NCBI GenBank assembly: GCA_965205945.1
Contig: CBDBIB010000003.1
Location: 544,394 to 608,393, forward strand
Length of the DNA stretch: 64,000 nt
Direction: 5' to 3'
From: Bdellovibrionales bacterium
GTDB taxonomy: Bacteria > Bdellovibrionota > Bdellovibrionia > Bdellovibrionales > UBA1609
In this document: piece by piece, positions 41,201 to 50,724 of the stretch
Position numbering within the stretch: the first letter of the stretch is position 1
How the letters are laid out: each line of letters begins with the position of its first letter
Notes under the pieces: generated by a model
Databases searched by the model: none
The model's input: only the letters and a program-made list of their open reading frames with translations
Told to the model about the DNA's origin: nothing
Translations under genes and position numbers: made by a program

Positions 41201-44200
41201 TGTTAATGTCTACACTTAAACTTCTATTAGTTGATAAATCTCCACCTCCACTTAATCCACTGTTTAAAGCCGTTCTAATAGTTCTAGTTATTGGAGCTTT
41301 TCTAGATTCAAGTTCATTAAGTGCACCTTCTACATCTGTAGCCTGAATGTTTCCAAATGGAGTGTAGGTCACCGTGTTTGCCGCTAGACTTGCTAAACTC
41401 CAACCTTCAGACACATCCTTACAATTTGCTCCTCTTTCATCACAAATTTGTGTTATTCTTGCTGTTCCAGCAACGTCTAATAAAGCCTCAGGACTAGCCT
41501 TACCAACTCCAACCCTTCCACTAGCATCAATAATAATTCCCTCATTATCACCGTCTCCACTTAAATAATTTTGGTTAAGATTTATATTTAATCGAGCTAT
41601 ACTATCTCCCATATTATCAGCACTGCTTGGTAAGTTTATAAGCCGACTTCCATCAACAGCAGGCAGTCTTAAAGAGCTATCAAGCTTAACAAGCTGATTA
41701 CTCCCTGTGCCAACATCTAATCTAGCTGTGCTAATGGTTCCTGAAGTGATCTTTTCTCCATTTAAATCTGGTATATCAGATTTTAATAAACTTAAACCCT
41801 CAACCACTCTTCCTTTAACATCAACTCTAACTTTTGGGTACGTCCCTGGGGTTACACCCGTTGGTGTAAGACTAGGGTTTGGGTAGGTTCCTGTAAGATC
41901 CCCTTGAGCCTGGCTTCCTAAAAGACTTGTGTTTTGATCAACTTCACATGACCAGGAATAAATAGGACCTTCACTCATTTGAAGTTTTTCATTGCTTTCA
42001 CAACTAGGCACTCCACCAGCATCCATTGCGTTGCCTCGACTTTTTCCTAAAGAGGCTTTTAAATAACCGTTTAAAAAGTTTGAATGTGTTATTTTTTTAA
42101 GACCACTTTGAGAAACATCATATATTAAAACACTGTCTAAAGAATCAGCCGTAGTTTTTTCTGTAGTTTTGTTAATGTCTACACTTAAACTTCTATTAGT
42201 TGATAAATCTCCACCTCCACTTAATCCACTGTTTAAAGCCGTTGTAATAGTTCTAGTTATTGGAGCTTTTCTAGATTCAAGTTCATTAAGTGCACCTTCT
42301 ACATCTGTAGCCTGAATGTTTCCAAATGGAGTGTAGGTCACCGTGTTTGCCGCCAGACTTGCTAAACTCCAACCTTCAGACACATCCTTACAATTTGCTC
42401 CTCTTTCATCACAAATTTGTGTTATTCTTGCTGTTCCAGCAACGTCTAATAAAGCCTCAGGACTAGCCTTACCAACTCCAACCCTTCCATTAGCATCAAT
42501 AATAATTCCCTCATTATCACCGTCTCCACTTAAATAATTTTGGTTAAGATTTATATTTAATCGAGCTATACCATCTCCCATATTATCAGCACTGCTTGGT
42601 AAGTTTATAAGCTGACTTCCATCAACAGCAGGCAGTCTTAAAGAGCTATCAAGCTTAACAAGCTGATTGCTCCCTGTGCCAACATCTAATCTAGCTGTGC
42701 TAATGGTTCCTGAAGTGATCTTTTCTCCATTTAAATCTGGTATATCAGATTTTAATAAACTTAAACCCTCAACCACTCTTCCTTTAACATCAACTCTAAC
42801 TTTTGGGTACGTCCCTGGGGTTACACCCGTTGGTATAAGACTAGGGTTCGGGTAGGTTCCTGTAAGATCCCCTTGAGCCTGGCTTCCTAAAAGACTTGTG
42901 TTTTGATCAACTTCACATGACCATAAATAAATAGGACCTTCACTCATTTGAAGTTTTTCATTGCTTTCACAACTAGGCACTCCACCAGCATCCATTGCGT
43001 TGCCTCGACTTTTTCCTAAAGAGGCTTTTAAATAACCGTTTAAAAAGTTTGAATGTGTTATTTTTTTAAGACCACTTTGAGAAACATCATACATTAAAAC
43101 ACTGTCTAAAGAATCAGCCGTAGTTTTTTCTGTAGTTTTGTTAATGTCTACACTTAAACTTCTATCAGTTGATAAATCTCCGCCTCCACTTAATCCACTG
43201 TTTAAAGCCGTTCTAATAGTTCTAGTTATTGGAGCTTTTCTAGATTCAAGTTCATTAAGTGCACCTTCTACATCTGTAGCCTGAATGTTTCCAAATGGAG
43301 TGTAGGTCACCGTGTTTGCCGCCAGACTTGCTAAACTCCAACCTTCAGACACATCCTTACAATTTGCTCCTCTTTCATCACAAATTTGTGTTATTCTTGC
43401 TGTTCCAGCAACGTCTAATAAAGCCTCAGGACTAGCCTTACCAACTCCAACCCTTCCACTAGCATCAATAATAATTCCCTCATTATCACCGTCTCCACTT
43501 AAATAATTTTGGTTAAGATTTATATTTAATCGAGCTACGCTATCTCCCATATTATCAGCACTACTTGGTAAGTTTATAAGCCGACTTCCATCAACAGCAG
43601 GCAGTCTTAAAGAGCTATCAAGCTTAATAAGCTGATTGCTCCCTGTGCCAACATCTAATCTAGCTGTGCTAATGGTTCCTGAAGTGATCTTTTCTCCATT
43701 TAAATCTGGTATATCAGATTTTAATAAACTTAAACCCTCAACCACTCTTCCTTTAACATCAACTCTAACTTTTGGGTACGCCCCTTGGGTTACACCCGTT
43801 GGTATAAGACTAGGGTTTGGGTAGGTTCCTGTAAGATCCCCTTGAGCCTGGCTTCCTAAAAGACTTGTGTCTGTGTCTGTATCAATATCAGCCACGCAAG
43901 AATAGCTTATTATAGCACCAGGGTTTCGTTGAATCTTTTCCCCACTAGTACACACAGGAAGAGTGTCCACTTGCATGAGCTGTCCTAAACCACTTCCTAT
44001 ATCTGCTTCTAAACCCCTTGGCGTAATTTTTAAACCACTTCCTACTTTTACTTTTAATTTATTTATATTAAACTCTAAACCCCCAGAAGAATCTAAATCT
44101 AAATCTATGTTTCCACTGTTGTTGTATAAACCCCTACCAAGGTTGATGCTTATTGTTGGGTTGCTACCACCTGAAGAGGTTAAAGGAGCATTGACTAAAA

Positions 44201-45440
44201 CACTTGATGCACTACTTAAGGTGCTTAAAACTTCTAAGCTAACACCATTCCAATACTTAAGCGCTCCAGAGTCACTATTGTACCAAGTAGCCCCAGCATT
44301 GCTCATGTTCATAGATCCTAAAAGACTAACTTCTTCTAAATTCGTATAAGAACCTAAGGTCATGGTACTTCCTGGGTTTTGCATAATATGACTTGTGTTT
44401 AGAATCTGATTATTATTAAAGTTAAGGTCACCTAATAAAACCCCTCCTGTAAGAGGAAGTTTTGTATTGTCAGTTCCTGTGGGAACCACTGAGCTTGGTA
44501 GAATTCCACTTGTGATTTTATTTGCATGAATACCGCTTGCAAGATGACTGTTTAAAACACCCCCTGGTGCAATTAAAATTGTGCCACTGTTTGTAATGGT
44601 TCCACCACTTAAGCCACTTCCTGCTGTAATACTGGTTACAGTTCCACTACCTTTACCAACAACAGTGGCTGCTGATCCATTGTAGTACATGATTTGATTA
44701 TTTGTAGAGTTATACCAAATATCTCCTGCCTGAGAATTAGGTGGTGGATGAGAGCTTGAAAAACTCGGTAAAGAGCTAGCTCCACTGATGCTTAATGGGG
44801 AGTATTGATTAGAGCTGCCATTAATTAAAGCCATAAGCTCCCTTTGATTGGCATCATTATCAAACACGGTCTCTAAATTGCTTTGAGTAACACCACGACT
44901 TACTTGAATAAAATCATTAACAGCTTTTCCACCAAGTTTGCCGGCATACTGAGCATAGGGCACACTGTGAATTATATGATCATTTGTTAAAGTAAGAGGG
45001 CCGCTGCCATGATCAAAAGTTACTCTAAGCCTTCTTGTATCGTTTAAGGTTGGAGTGTATGAAGACCCAAAGGCACAACTAAGACTTTTATTGTTTAAAA
45101 AAGAATTGTCTAAAGCTTTAGATAAATTTGTTAAGCCTCCATTTCCTGTGTTTATTCCAGACCCAACGTTTAAGTTAAAAACTCCCTTTGATCCTATCAT
45201 ATTAAGATTAAAACTTTCTTCGTAAAGAAGACAATGATCCATGGAGGATAAAACTTGAACAAGAAAGCTGACATTATTTTCTTCTAAAGCGTCTCCATTG
45301 GGTTTTACAATTTGACCTTGAAAAACAAAAGAACTTGGGGTGGCTAGAGAATGGGGAGTTAATAGTAAAATTGTGAAGAAAGTTAGAGCTTTCACACCTA
45401 TTTCTATGAAATTTTTTAATAAGTCATATACTCTATACAT
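38229..45440 (-). CDS. Giant secreted fibre/adhesin (about 2400 aa): Bdellovibrio-type fibre N-domain, repeated stalk, Ig-like and PKD-like domains, DUF285/BspA-type repeat tip
   Basis: Signal peptide (..PHSLA); FQGQI.KP.G..LE...V.F...CLLYEE...SVPYAQYA N-domain; GDLTGTYPNP stalk repeats; VNWGDG...HTY...GTY; MF...WDTSKVT repeats; ATG 45440 preferred over TTG 45470. Confidence 0.85.
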   Translation of the reverse strand: MYRVYDLLKNFIEIGVKALTFFTILLLTPHSLATPSSFVFQGQIVKPNGDALEENNVSFLVQVLSSMDHCLLYEESFNLNMIGSKGVFNLNVGSGINTGNGGLTNLSKALDNSFLNNKSLSCAFGSSYTPTLNDTRRLRVTFDHGSGPLTLTNDHIIHSVPYAQYAGKLGGKAVNDFIQVSRGVTQSNLETVFDNDANQRELMALINGSSNQYSPLSISGASSLPSFSSSHPPPNSQAGDIWYNSTNNQIMYYNGSAATVVGKGSGTVTSITAGSGLSGGTITNSGTILIAPGGVLNSHLASGIHANKITSGILPSSVVPTGTDNTKLPLTGGVLLGDLNFNNNQILNTSHIMQNPGSTMTLGSYTNLEEVSLLGSMNMSNAGATWYNSDSGALKYWNGVSLEVLSTLSSASSVLVNAPLTSSGGSNPTISINLGRGLYNNSGNIDLDLDSSGGLEFNINKLKVKVGSGLKITPRGLEADIGSGLGQLMQVDTLPVCTSGEKIQRNPGAIISYSCVADIDTDTDTSLLGSQAQGDLTGTYPNPSLIPTGVTQGAYPKVRVDVKGRVVEGLSLLKSDIPDLNGEKITSGTISTARLDVGTGSNQLIKLDSSLRLPAVDGSRLINLPSSADNMGDSVARLNINLNQNYLSGDGDNEGIIIDASGRVGVGKASPEALLDVAGTARITQICDERGANCKDVSEGWSLASLAANTVTYTPFGNIQATDVEGALNELESRKAPITRTIRTALNSGLSGGGDLSTDRSLSVDINKTTEKTTADSLDSVLMYDVSQSGLKKITHSNFLNGYLKASLGKSRGNAMDAGGVPSCESNEKLQMSEGPIYLWSCEVDQNTSLLGSQAQGDLTGTYPNPSLIPTGVTPGTYPKVRVDVKGRVVEGLSLLKSDIPDLNGEKITSGTISTARLDVGTGSNQLVKLDSSLRLPAVDGSQLINLPSSADNMGDGIARLNINLNQNYLSGDGDNEGIIIDANGRVGVGKASPEALLDVAGTARITQICDERGANCKDVSEGWSLASLAANTVTYTPFGNIQATDVEGALNELESRKAPITRTITTALNSGLSGGGDLSTNRSLSVDINKTTEKTTADSLDSVLIYDVSQSGLKKITHSNFLNGYLKASLGKSRGNAMDAGGVPSCESNEKLQMSEGPIYSWSCEVDQNTSLLGSQAQGDLTGTYPNPSLTPTGVTPGTYPKVRVDVKGRVVEGLSLLKSDIPDLNGEKITSGTISTARLDVGTGSNQLVKLDSSLRLPAVDGSRLINLPSSADNMGDSIARLNINLNQNYLSGDGDNEGIIIDASGRVGVGKASPEALLDVAGTARITQICDERGANCKDVSEGWSLASLAANTVTYTPFGNIQATDVEGALNELESRKAPITRTIRTALNSGLSGGGDLSTNRSLSVDINKTTEKTTADSLDSVLMYDVSQSGLKKITHSNFLNGYLKASLGKNAGNAMDAGGVPNCESNEKLQMSEGPIYLWSCVTDTSLLGSQAQGDLTGTYPNPSLIPTGVTQGTYPKVRVDVKGRVVEGLSLLKSDIPDLNGEKITSGTISTARLDVGTGSNQLIKLDSSLRLPAVDGSRLINLPSSADNMGDGRARLNINLNQNYLSGDGDDEGITINNNGDVSVSGSISTPGSISTSTVTFLKKVGTVTTPCDSLTEGTLRYNSLGKKLEFCDGVVWKTFLSNNDPTISITNSLSGSYINSINEGGFRVLGTCSEDGELITFSHGTSFITCSNKSFSGDIDFSSLSDGPLSLTASITNIAGNSKTSGVLNLIKDTKPPIVSIGSHIISSSNSIDFPITVSQDFSSINLEKSNVSLTGTTTGCTVLVTNGTTINPSIRISDCSDETGNIQITIASGVAQDAAGNLSDVVSLSTEIQNLGTPFTAKFRIYGSDLNLNLRLNSSYTYNFMVNWGDGTSGVVTSSSDLDKNHTYSSSGTYIVKITGRCPYLNFRDSEQIIEVTELGDTGWESFSYMFYKADNLTLVNGGSTRHVTSMNSMFSYAALANPDTSNWDTSKVTSMGYMFSYAALANPDTSNWDTSKVTSMGYMFSYAALANPDTSDWDTSKVTSMSRMFLSAALANPDTSNWDTSKVTSMSSMFYNADLANPDTSDWDTSKVTSMSSMFYNADLANPDTSDWDTSKVTSMYKMFSNAALANPDTSDWDTSKVTDMRSMFSNTALANPDTSNWDTSKVTDMRSMFSNTALANPDTSNWDTSKVTNMGGMFYNADLANPDTSNWDTSKVTDMSYMFNSAALANPDTSNWDTSKVTSMNSMFNSAALANPDTSDWDTSKVTAMNSMFNSAALANPDTSDWDTSKVTSMSSMFYDADLANPDTSNWDTSKVTSMGFMFYDAASFDQDISLWNVSNVVYCGSFSSRTLTSWTRAEKPNFTRCSPGY
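38385..39447 (-). repeat. 14 tandem 75-bp (25-aa) coding repeats, DUF285-type
   Basis: Exact 75-bp period from 38385 to 39435; near-invariant core AGTAACCTTAGAAGTGTCCCAGT(T/C)AGAGGTGTCAGGGTTAGCTAAA. Confidence 0.95.
40588..43870 (-). repeat. About 3.4 tandem copies of a 969-bp (323-aa) coding unit; one interval is 963 bp
   Basis: Identical antisense ORFs recur at 41374, 42343 and 43312 (969 bp apart); the stalk module TSLLGSQAQGDLTG occurs four times. Confidence 0.95.
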
Positions 45441-45454
45441 ATTGTATATTTCGG

Positions 45455-46148
45455 ATAAAAAGCTTAACAATTAGAGGGAATTAAATAGTTTTTTAGCTCT
45501 AATTCTACATTTTTATTTTCATTTAAAATCTGTGCTTTTACAAAATATGCCGATAAGGGGGATTATGTTACTACGTCTATTTTAAAATTATATTTAAGTT
45601 TAAAAGTATTTAATTATAAAAGTTTAGACTTTATTTTTTTAAAATTATTATTTTCAATAAAATTTTTATTATTAAAAATAAGGACTGCTTTAGAATTTAC
45701 TTTAAAAATATTTAATATTTAGCGCTCTTTTTTTAAAGCTTAGATTTAAATATCTTTATTTATCATAGCTGTTATTTTAACCAACATCTAAGTTTAAAAG
45801 TTATTAAGATACAGCATATGTATTATATAAAATTAAATAAATATTTAAAGCGATATTCTTTAAGGTTTTTTTAATATTTATTTGTATAGAGATATTATTT
45901 AAACAAGAAAATCTTGTTAATTAAACGTAACTATTTTGCAACATTTTTATGTCACAAAGAAATTTACACTTAAGCACCATAGTTAAAATCAGCAGGTCAA
46001 ATCAAAAATAATGTGGTTTTAAGCAGAAATAGTAACATAATCCCCCTTATCGGCATGTTTTGTAAAAGCACAGATTTTAAATGAAAATAAAAATGTAGAA
46101 TTAGAGCTAAAAAACTATTTAATTTCCTCTAATTGTTAAGCTTTTTAT
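45455..46148. repeat. 119-bp inverted repeat (45455..45573 and 46030..46148, 2 mismatches) enclosing a 456-bp AT-rich spacer
   Basis: Direct base-by-base comparison of the left arm with the reverse complement of the right arm. Confidence 0.95.
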
Positions 46149-46450
46149 TTAAAAAATACAAATCCCTGACATCTTTGACTAGGATATTTTTAAGGTTACT
46201 GATATAAGATTTATGTTTTATAAGAGAGTCTATAAAACAAATTATTTAACTGCTTAACAGTAAACTAGGATTGAGTATCTTTAGTATGTTTTCTTTTTTA
46301 AATTTATTTTAGCATGGATAGGAAGTGGTTTTTAAACTTTTGGTTTAAGTTAAACACTTATGTGTAACAACGCCTAAAACTTCTAGTTTTATTAAAAACT
46401 AATTTTTTATTAATTCTAGATCATTATAAATTTTTATTGTAATAAAAAGA

Positions 46451-47452
46451 TTAAAGATTAAGTACAACTTGGTTTTTAATCTTTTTTAATTGATCTGACA
46501 CTTTAACTTTTATTAGAAAATCTTTTAATTCAGAAATTTTATTTTCATTTATAATCTTTAAAGCGTTTTTTTTTAAACCTGTTCCTCTTGCTCTATTTAA
46601 AGGAAATTTTTTATAATCTTTTTCAAGCTGTTTGTTAGATCTAGATAAAATACTTTTTAACTCATCAAGTATTTTAGAGGTAACCGTAAGGGGTTGGTTT
46701 AGATTTTTCATGTTTTCCTTTCCATGAGCTTTTTCATTCCATGGGCAAACAGTTTGACAAACATCACAGCCAAAAAACCAGGAATCTGTTTTTTTATCTA
46801 GTGAGAGTATAGAAGTGTCTTTATCTTCAATATTTCTATAGGAGATGCATTTGTTAACCTCAAGTTTTCTAGGGCTTAAGGCTCCAGTGGGGCAGGCGTC
46901 AATACATCGGGTACAAGTGCCACAGTGATCAGTTTGGAGTGTATTTTTACTTAGGAAGTTGATGTCGGTTAAGATTTCTGATATATAAAAAAGGCTTCCA
47001 TGCTTTTTATTTAAAAGACAGGTGTTTTTTCCAATCCATCCAAGGCCTGCTCTATAAGCAAGATCTCTTTCAAGAACAGGAGCAGAGTCTATAGAATGAG
47101 AAAATCTATTGTTAGGGTAAAGTTTATGAAGTTCATTGCTTATTACACCGAGTTTTAAATTGATTTGATGATGGTAGTCTGCTTCTTGTGCATACAAAGC
47201 AACCTTAAGAGAGCTTTTAAGTTCATTATTGACCGGGTAGTACGGATAAAGGGCTATAAAAGCTGAGGCAAACTCTTGTTGAAGTGGGTTTTTCCTAGAA
47301 AGGTGATCTTTTAAGAAATTCATTCCTCCAAAATTTTCATTCCATATTTGAGCCTTATAGTTATTAAAGGAAATACTTTTTTTTAAAGAAACATGGTTTA
47401 CGCTTAAAAACCCTTGTTTAGTAAAAAGTGTAGTTATTTTTATTAAATTCAA
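46451..47452 (-). CDS. queG: Epoxyqueuosine reductase
   Basis: DSAPVLER.LA.RAGLGWIGKN, CGTCTRCIDACPTGAL and GCDVCQTVCPWN motifs. Confidence 0.93.
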   Translation of the reverse strand: MNLIKITTLFTKQGFLSVNHVSLKKSISFNNYKAQIWNENFGGMNFLKDHLSRKNPLQQEFASAFIALYPYYPVNNELKSSLKVALYAQEADYHHQINLKLGVISNELHKLYPNNRFSHSIDSAPVLERDLAYRAGLGWIGKNTCLLNKKHGSLFYISEILTDINFLSKNTLQTDHCGTCTRCIDACPTGALSPRKLEVNKCISYRNIEDKDTSILSLDKKTDSWFFGCDVCQTVCPWNEKAHGKENMKNLNQPLTVTSKILDELKSILSRSNKQLEKDYKKFPLNRARGTGLKKNALKIINENKISELKDFLIKVKVSDQLKKIKNQVVLNL

Positions 47453-47667
47453 ATCACAACCCCATGTTTTAAATATATTACATTAAAAAAAATAGATAAT
47501 AAAAGTATTTTAGGATTAAAAAGCAAAATAAGATAAAGATTTTTTTTAAAATTCTATGTAAGAAACTCTTAGAAGGAGGCCTTGTATTATAATAAAGAGG
47601 CTTGGCTCTTAAAAAAGTTGTTTTAAATATTAACCCTACATTCCTTTAAAAATCAAATTAAAATTCT

Positions 47668-48435
47668 TTAGTATAAAACTCTGATTCCAGTAGATAAAAT
47701 TGAATCAAATCGTTTTAACCCTTGGGTGGCAGGGGCATTATCATACATACCTTTATACGCCACTTTTAAACTTATGCGAGCCGGGTTTGTGCTTGAGAGG
47801 AGTTCGCCTAAAGCTACATTAATTGAGGGTTTAAAGTTAAACTCAATATTTTTTGAATCTTTCGGGTCAATTAAAGTTTCAATCCAGAATTTAAAGTTTA
47901 AAGTTGAATTTAGTTTCCCTCCAAGTTCAAAGTAAACTCGTCCAAAATAAGTTTCTAATTTATCACCCTGACCAGGTCCAACAACTGAAGCGTACTGAGT
48001 TCTTTGTCTGTAACCAGTTTCATTAAAAAAGTAAAAACCTTTGGTTTTTTTTATATTATACTTTAAGCCCAGGTCTTTAGAATATCTGTTCTCAAAGCCT
48101 GCAAAATGGTTTTTTTCCCAAAGAAAGCCAATAAAAATACCAAGTTTTTTAGATATAGTTCTTGTAAACTTTAGGCCTGCTTGAGCAGATTCTGCCAATC
48201 TTACATTGAGGCCCTCACTGGTTGTACCTACAGAATTGATGTATTGACCATGAACTGTGTAGATATTTTTAATGGATTTTTTAGTCCATTTAGTTCGTAA
48301 AAGGGTATTGTCTTGTTTTGTGTTTCCACTTTGTGAAATTAAGCCAAGATCACTCTCTGCTTCCCAATGGGCATGAGTTTTTAAAGATATAAACACTAAA
48401 GTTAGTACAATTAAAAATTTCATTCTTTCTTCCAT
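47668..48435 (-). CDS. DUF481/YdiY-like outer-membrane beta-barrel protein
   Basis: Signal peptide, W.AESDLG....SGNT, amphipathic strands, C-terminal aromatic residue. Confidence 0.7.
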   Translation of the reverse strand: MEERMKFLIVLTLVFISLKTHAHWEAESDLGLISQSGNTKQDNTLLRTKWTKKSIKNIYTVHGQYINSVGTTSEGLNVRLAESAQAGLKFTRTISKKLGIFIGFLWEKNHFAGFENRYSKDLGLKYNIKKTKGFYFFNETGYRQRTQYASVVGPGQGDKLETYFGRVYFELGGKLNSTLNFKFWIETLIDPKDSKNIEFNFKPSINVALGELLSSTNPARISLKVAYKGMYDNAPATQGLKRFDSILSTGIRVLY

Positions 48436-48529
48436 AAAGGCATCGTTTAAGTTATTATTACCACAATAGAGTATTTGTGTTATTAAATATTTGTCAAATT
48501 CAAATAAGAGATTTTATATGAGGTGTAGT

Positions 48530-49498
48530 ATGAATCTAGCGAGTAGACCCCAGAGAAATCGTAAATCTAATGCTTTACGAGATGCTGTAGCTGAAACAAA
48601 TTTATCCATTAAAAGTCTTATACAGCCCTTATTTGTTTCATATGAGACTTTAAGCATTAAAACTCTATTTGATCAAAAAAAATACTCTTTAAAAGATTTT
48701 AGAGTTTTTTGTAAGGAGCGCTTAAGTAAATCAAAAATTATGGGCGTTTTATTATTTGCCTCCATTAAAAATTCTTTAAAAAACTCAAACGCAACAGAAG
48801 CTTTAAATCCAAAGGGACTACTCCCACAAGCTGTTCAGATTGTTAAGAAAGAGTGTCCTCATTTAGAAGTGATGACTGATGTGGCATTAGACCCATTTTC
48901 TTTAGATGGTCATGATGGTATTGTTAAAGGTGGTAGAATTTTAAATGATGAAACAGTTGAAATTTTAAAAAAAATGTCTTTAATTCATGCTAAGGCAGGT
49001 GCTGATTGGGTGGCTCCTTCTGATATGATGGACGGTCGAGTTGGGAGAATTAGAGAGTATTTGGATGAAAAGGGTTTTAAAGATGTAAATATTCTTTCAT
49101 ATACTGCAAAATATGCATCAAGTTTTTATGGACCTTTTAGGAGTGCTTTAGATTCAAAACCAAAATTTGGTGATAAAAAAACTTATCAAATGGACTATAG
49201 AAACAAAAAAGAAGCGTTAAGAGAGCTTAAGGCTGATGAAATAGAGGGCGCTGATATGGTTATGGTTAAGCCAGCTCTTTCATACCTTGATATTATCTTA
49301 AAATTTAAAAACCATACAAAGCTTCCTATAGCAGCTTATAATGTAAGTGGTGAGTACGCTATGGTTAAAGCAGCAGCGGCGGCAAGGTTAATTGATGGGG
49401 ATGCTGTTCAAAATGAAATTATAACATCAATTTTTAGGGCGGGCGCTGACGTGGTAATAACATATGCAGCCCTAAGCTTAGAAGATATGCATACCTAG
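48530..49498 (+). CDS. hemB: Porphobilinogen synthase
   Basis: DVALDPFS.DGHDG, APSDMMDGR, YTAKYAS.FYGPFR and MVKPA motifs; ATG 48530 follows GAGG. Confidence 0.96.
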   Translation: MNLASRPQRNRKSNALRDAVAETNLSIKSLIQPLFVSYETLSIKTLFDQKKYSLKDFRVFCKERLSKSKIMGVLLFASIKNSLKNSNATEALNPKGLLPQAVQIVKKECPHLEVMTDVALDPFSLDGHDGIVKGGRILNDETVEILKKMSLIHAKAGADWVAPSDMMDGRVGRIREYLDEKGFKDVNILSYTAKYASSFYGPFRSALDSKPKFGDKKTYQMDYRNKKEALRELKADEIEGADMVMVKPALSYLDIILKFKNHTKLPIAAYNVSGEYAMVKAAAAARLIDGDAVQNEIITSIFRAGADVVITYAALSLEDMHT

Positions 49499-49499
49499 G

Positions 49500-49620
49500 A
49501 AGTTTTTTAAGACTTCGGTGTCTGGGGTGTTTAATATGAAACTCTTCCTTTAAAATTCCCAAAACAGTCTCAACAATATTTATTCAAAACTTAGGTCCTT
49601 AGAAAAGTCCTAACTCGGGC
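49500..49620 (-). mobile_element. Internally deleted IS982 fragment (left end fused to a transposase C-terminal piece)
   Basis: ACTTAGGTCCTTAGAAAAGTCCTAACTCGGG resembles 50647..50677; adjacent minus-strand sequence encodes IVETVLGILKEEFHIKHPRHRSLKK. Confidence 0.7.
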
Positions 49621-49656
49621 TTAGTAAAAACTTACATGTCTCATTGGTGTTAGTTA

Positions 49657-50678
49657 ACCCGAGTTCGAACTTTCTAAACCTACTGAAGCAGCCTTTCTTC
49701 AAGTACTTCAAAGTCTAATGGAGGGTTTTCTTGGACGCAAACAGTACGCCGTTAGTGCCGAAAGTAAATTTACCACAAAGTTTTTTGGGCTTCGGTGTCT
49801 TGAGTGTTCAAGATGAAATTCCTCCTTTAAAATCCCAAAAGCAGTTTCAACAATGTACCTTTTCCTCAGGAGTAGTTTATCAAAAAGAGGAACAAACTTA
49901 TTTTTCATATTGGATTTAAGATTTGTTATGACTTGAACCCCTTTACTCATCAATTTTTCAAATAGCTTTTGGGATATATATCCTTTGTCTCCAAACAATT
50001 TTGCAAAAATATTTTCAGCTAAACCCTCTACAGGCTTTGTATCATGAACATTTTCTGGGGTTATGGTAAAACTTAAGAGCTCCCCTTTGTGAGAAATGAC
50101 TATGTGAACTTTAAAACCAAAGAACCAGCCCATTGTTGATTTCCCACGTTTTGCAAGTCCTTTAAAGGTTTTGTGACGACTGATTCTTTTGTTATTACAA
50201 ACAACAATGGGGCTGGAGTCTACCAACAGATATTCCTGTGCAAATATTTGATTGCATAAGTGAGTGTAAAAAAATGAGAATTTGAGGTGCTGAAGATTTT
50301 TTAAGTTCTACAAACCTATTGTAGGACAAGAGTTTTGGGAAATAAGGTTTTAGAAATTTTTGAACATAACCTGTATAGAAAGCTTTAAAATTTCTGAAGC
50401 CGGAAAATTGGAATAATAAACAGATGGTGATGACTTCAGACTCAGATAACGCAGATGGAAAACCTCTCTTTCTTTTGCTGGGTATGAGTTTGGACTGTTC
50501 TTTGTTTAACCCTAAAATAAAGTCGTCAACAAGAGTAAAAACTTCTATAATTTGATTTTCTTCGATCATTCCCGGCTCCTTTTTGCAGATCAGTAAAAAA
50601 CAACTAAATCTTACAAAAGGCTGGGATGATTTTTTATTTATCCAGCACTTAGGTCCTGAAAAAAGTTCGAACTCGGGT
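49657..50678 (-). mobile_element. IS982-family element, full length, transposase frameshifted
   Basis: Perfect 17-bp IRs ACCCGAGTTCGAACTTT; 6-bp target duplication TAGTTA; ORFs 50195..50569 and 49708..50226 (GKSTMGWFFGFK, FGDKGYIS). Confidence 0.93.
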
Positions 50679-50724
50679 TAGTTAGCATGATTTAAGTAAC
50701 AAAAAATTAAAAATCTGTTACTTA

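Noticed and set aside
38479..44349. Plus-strand ORFs of 62-128 aa inside the adhesin gene
   Set aside because: Antisense shadows of the repetitive coding strand.
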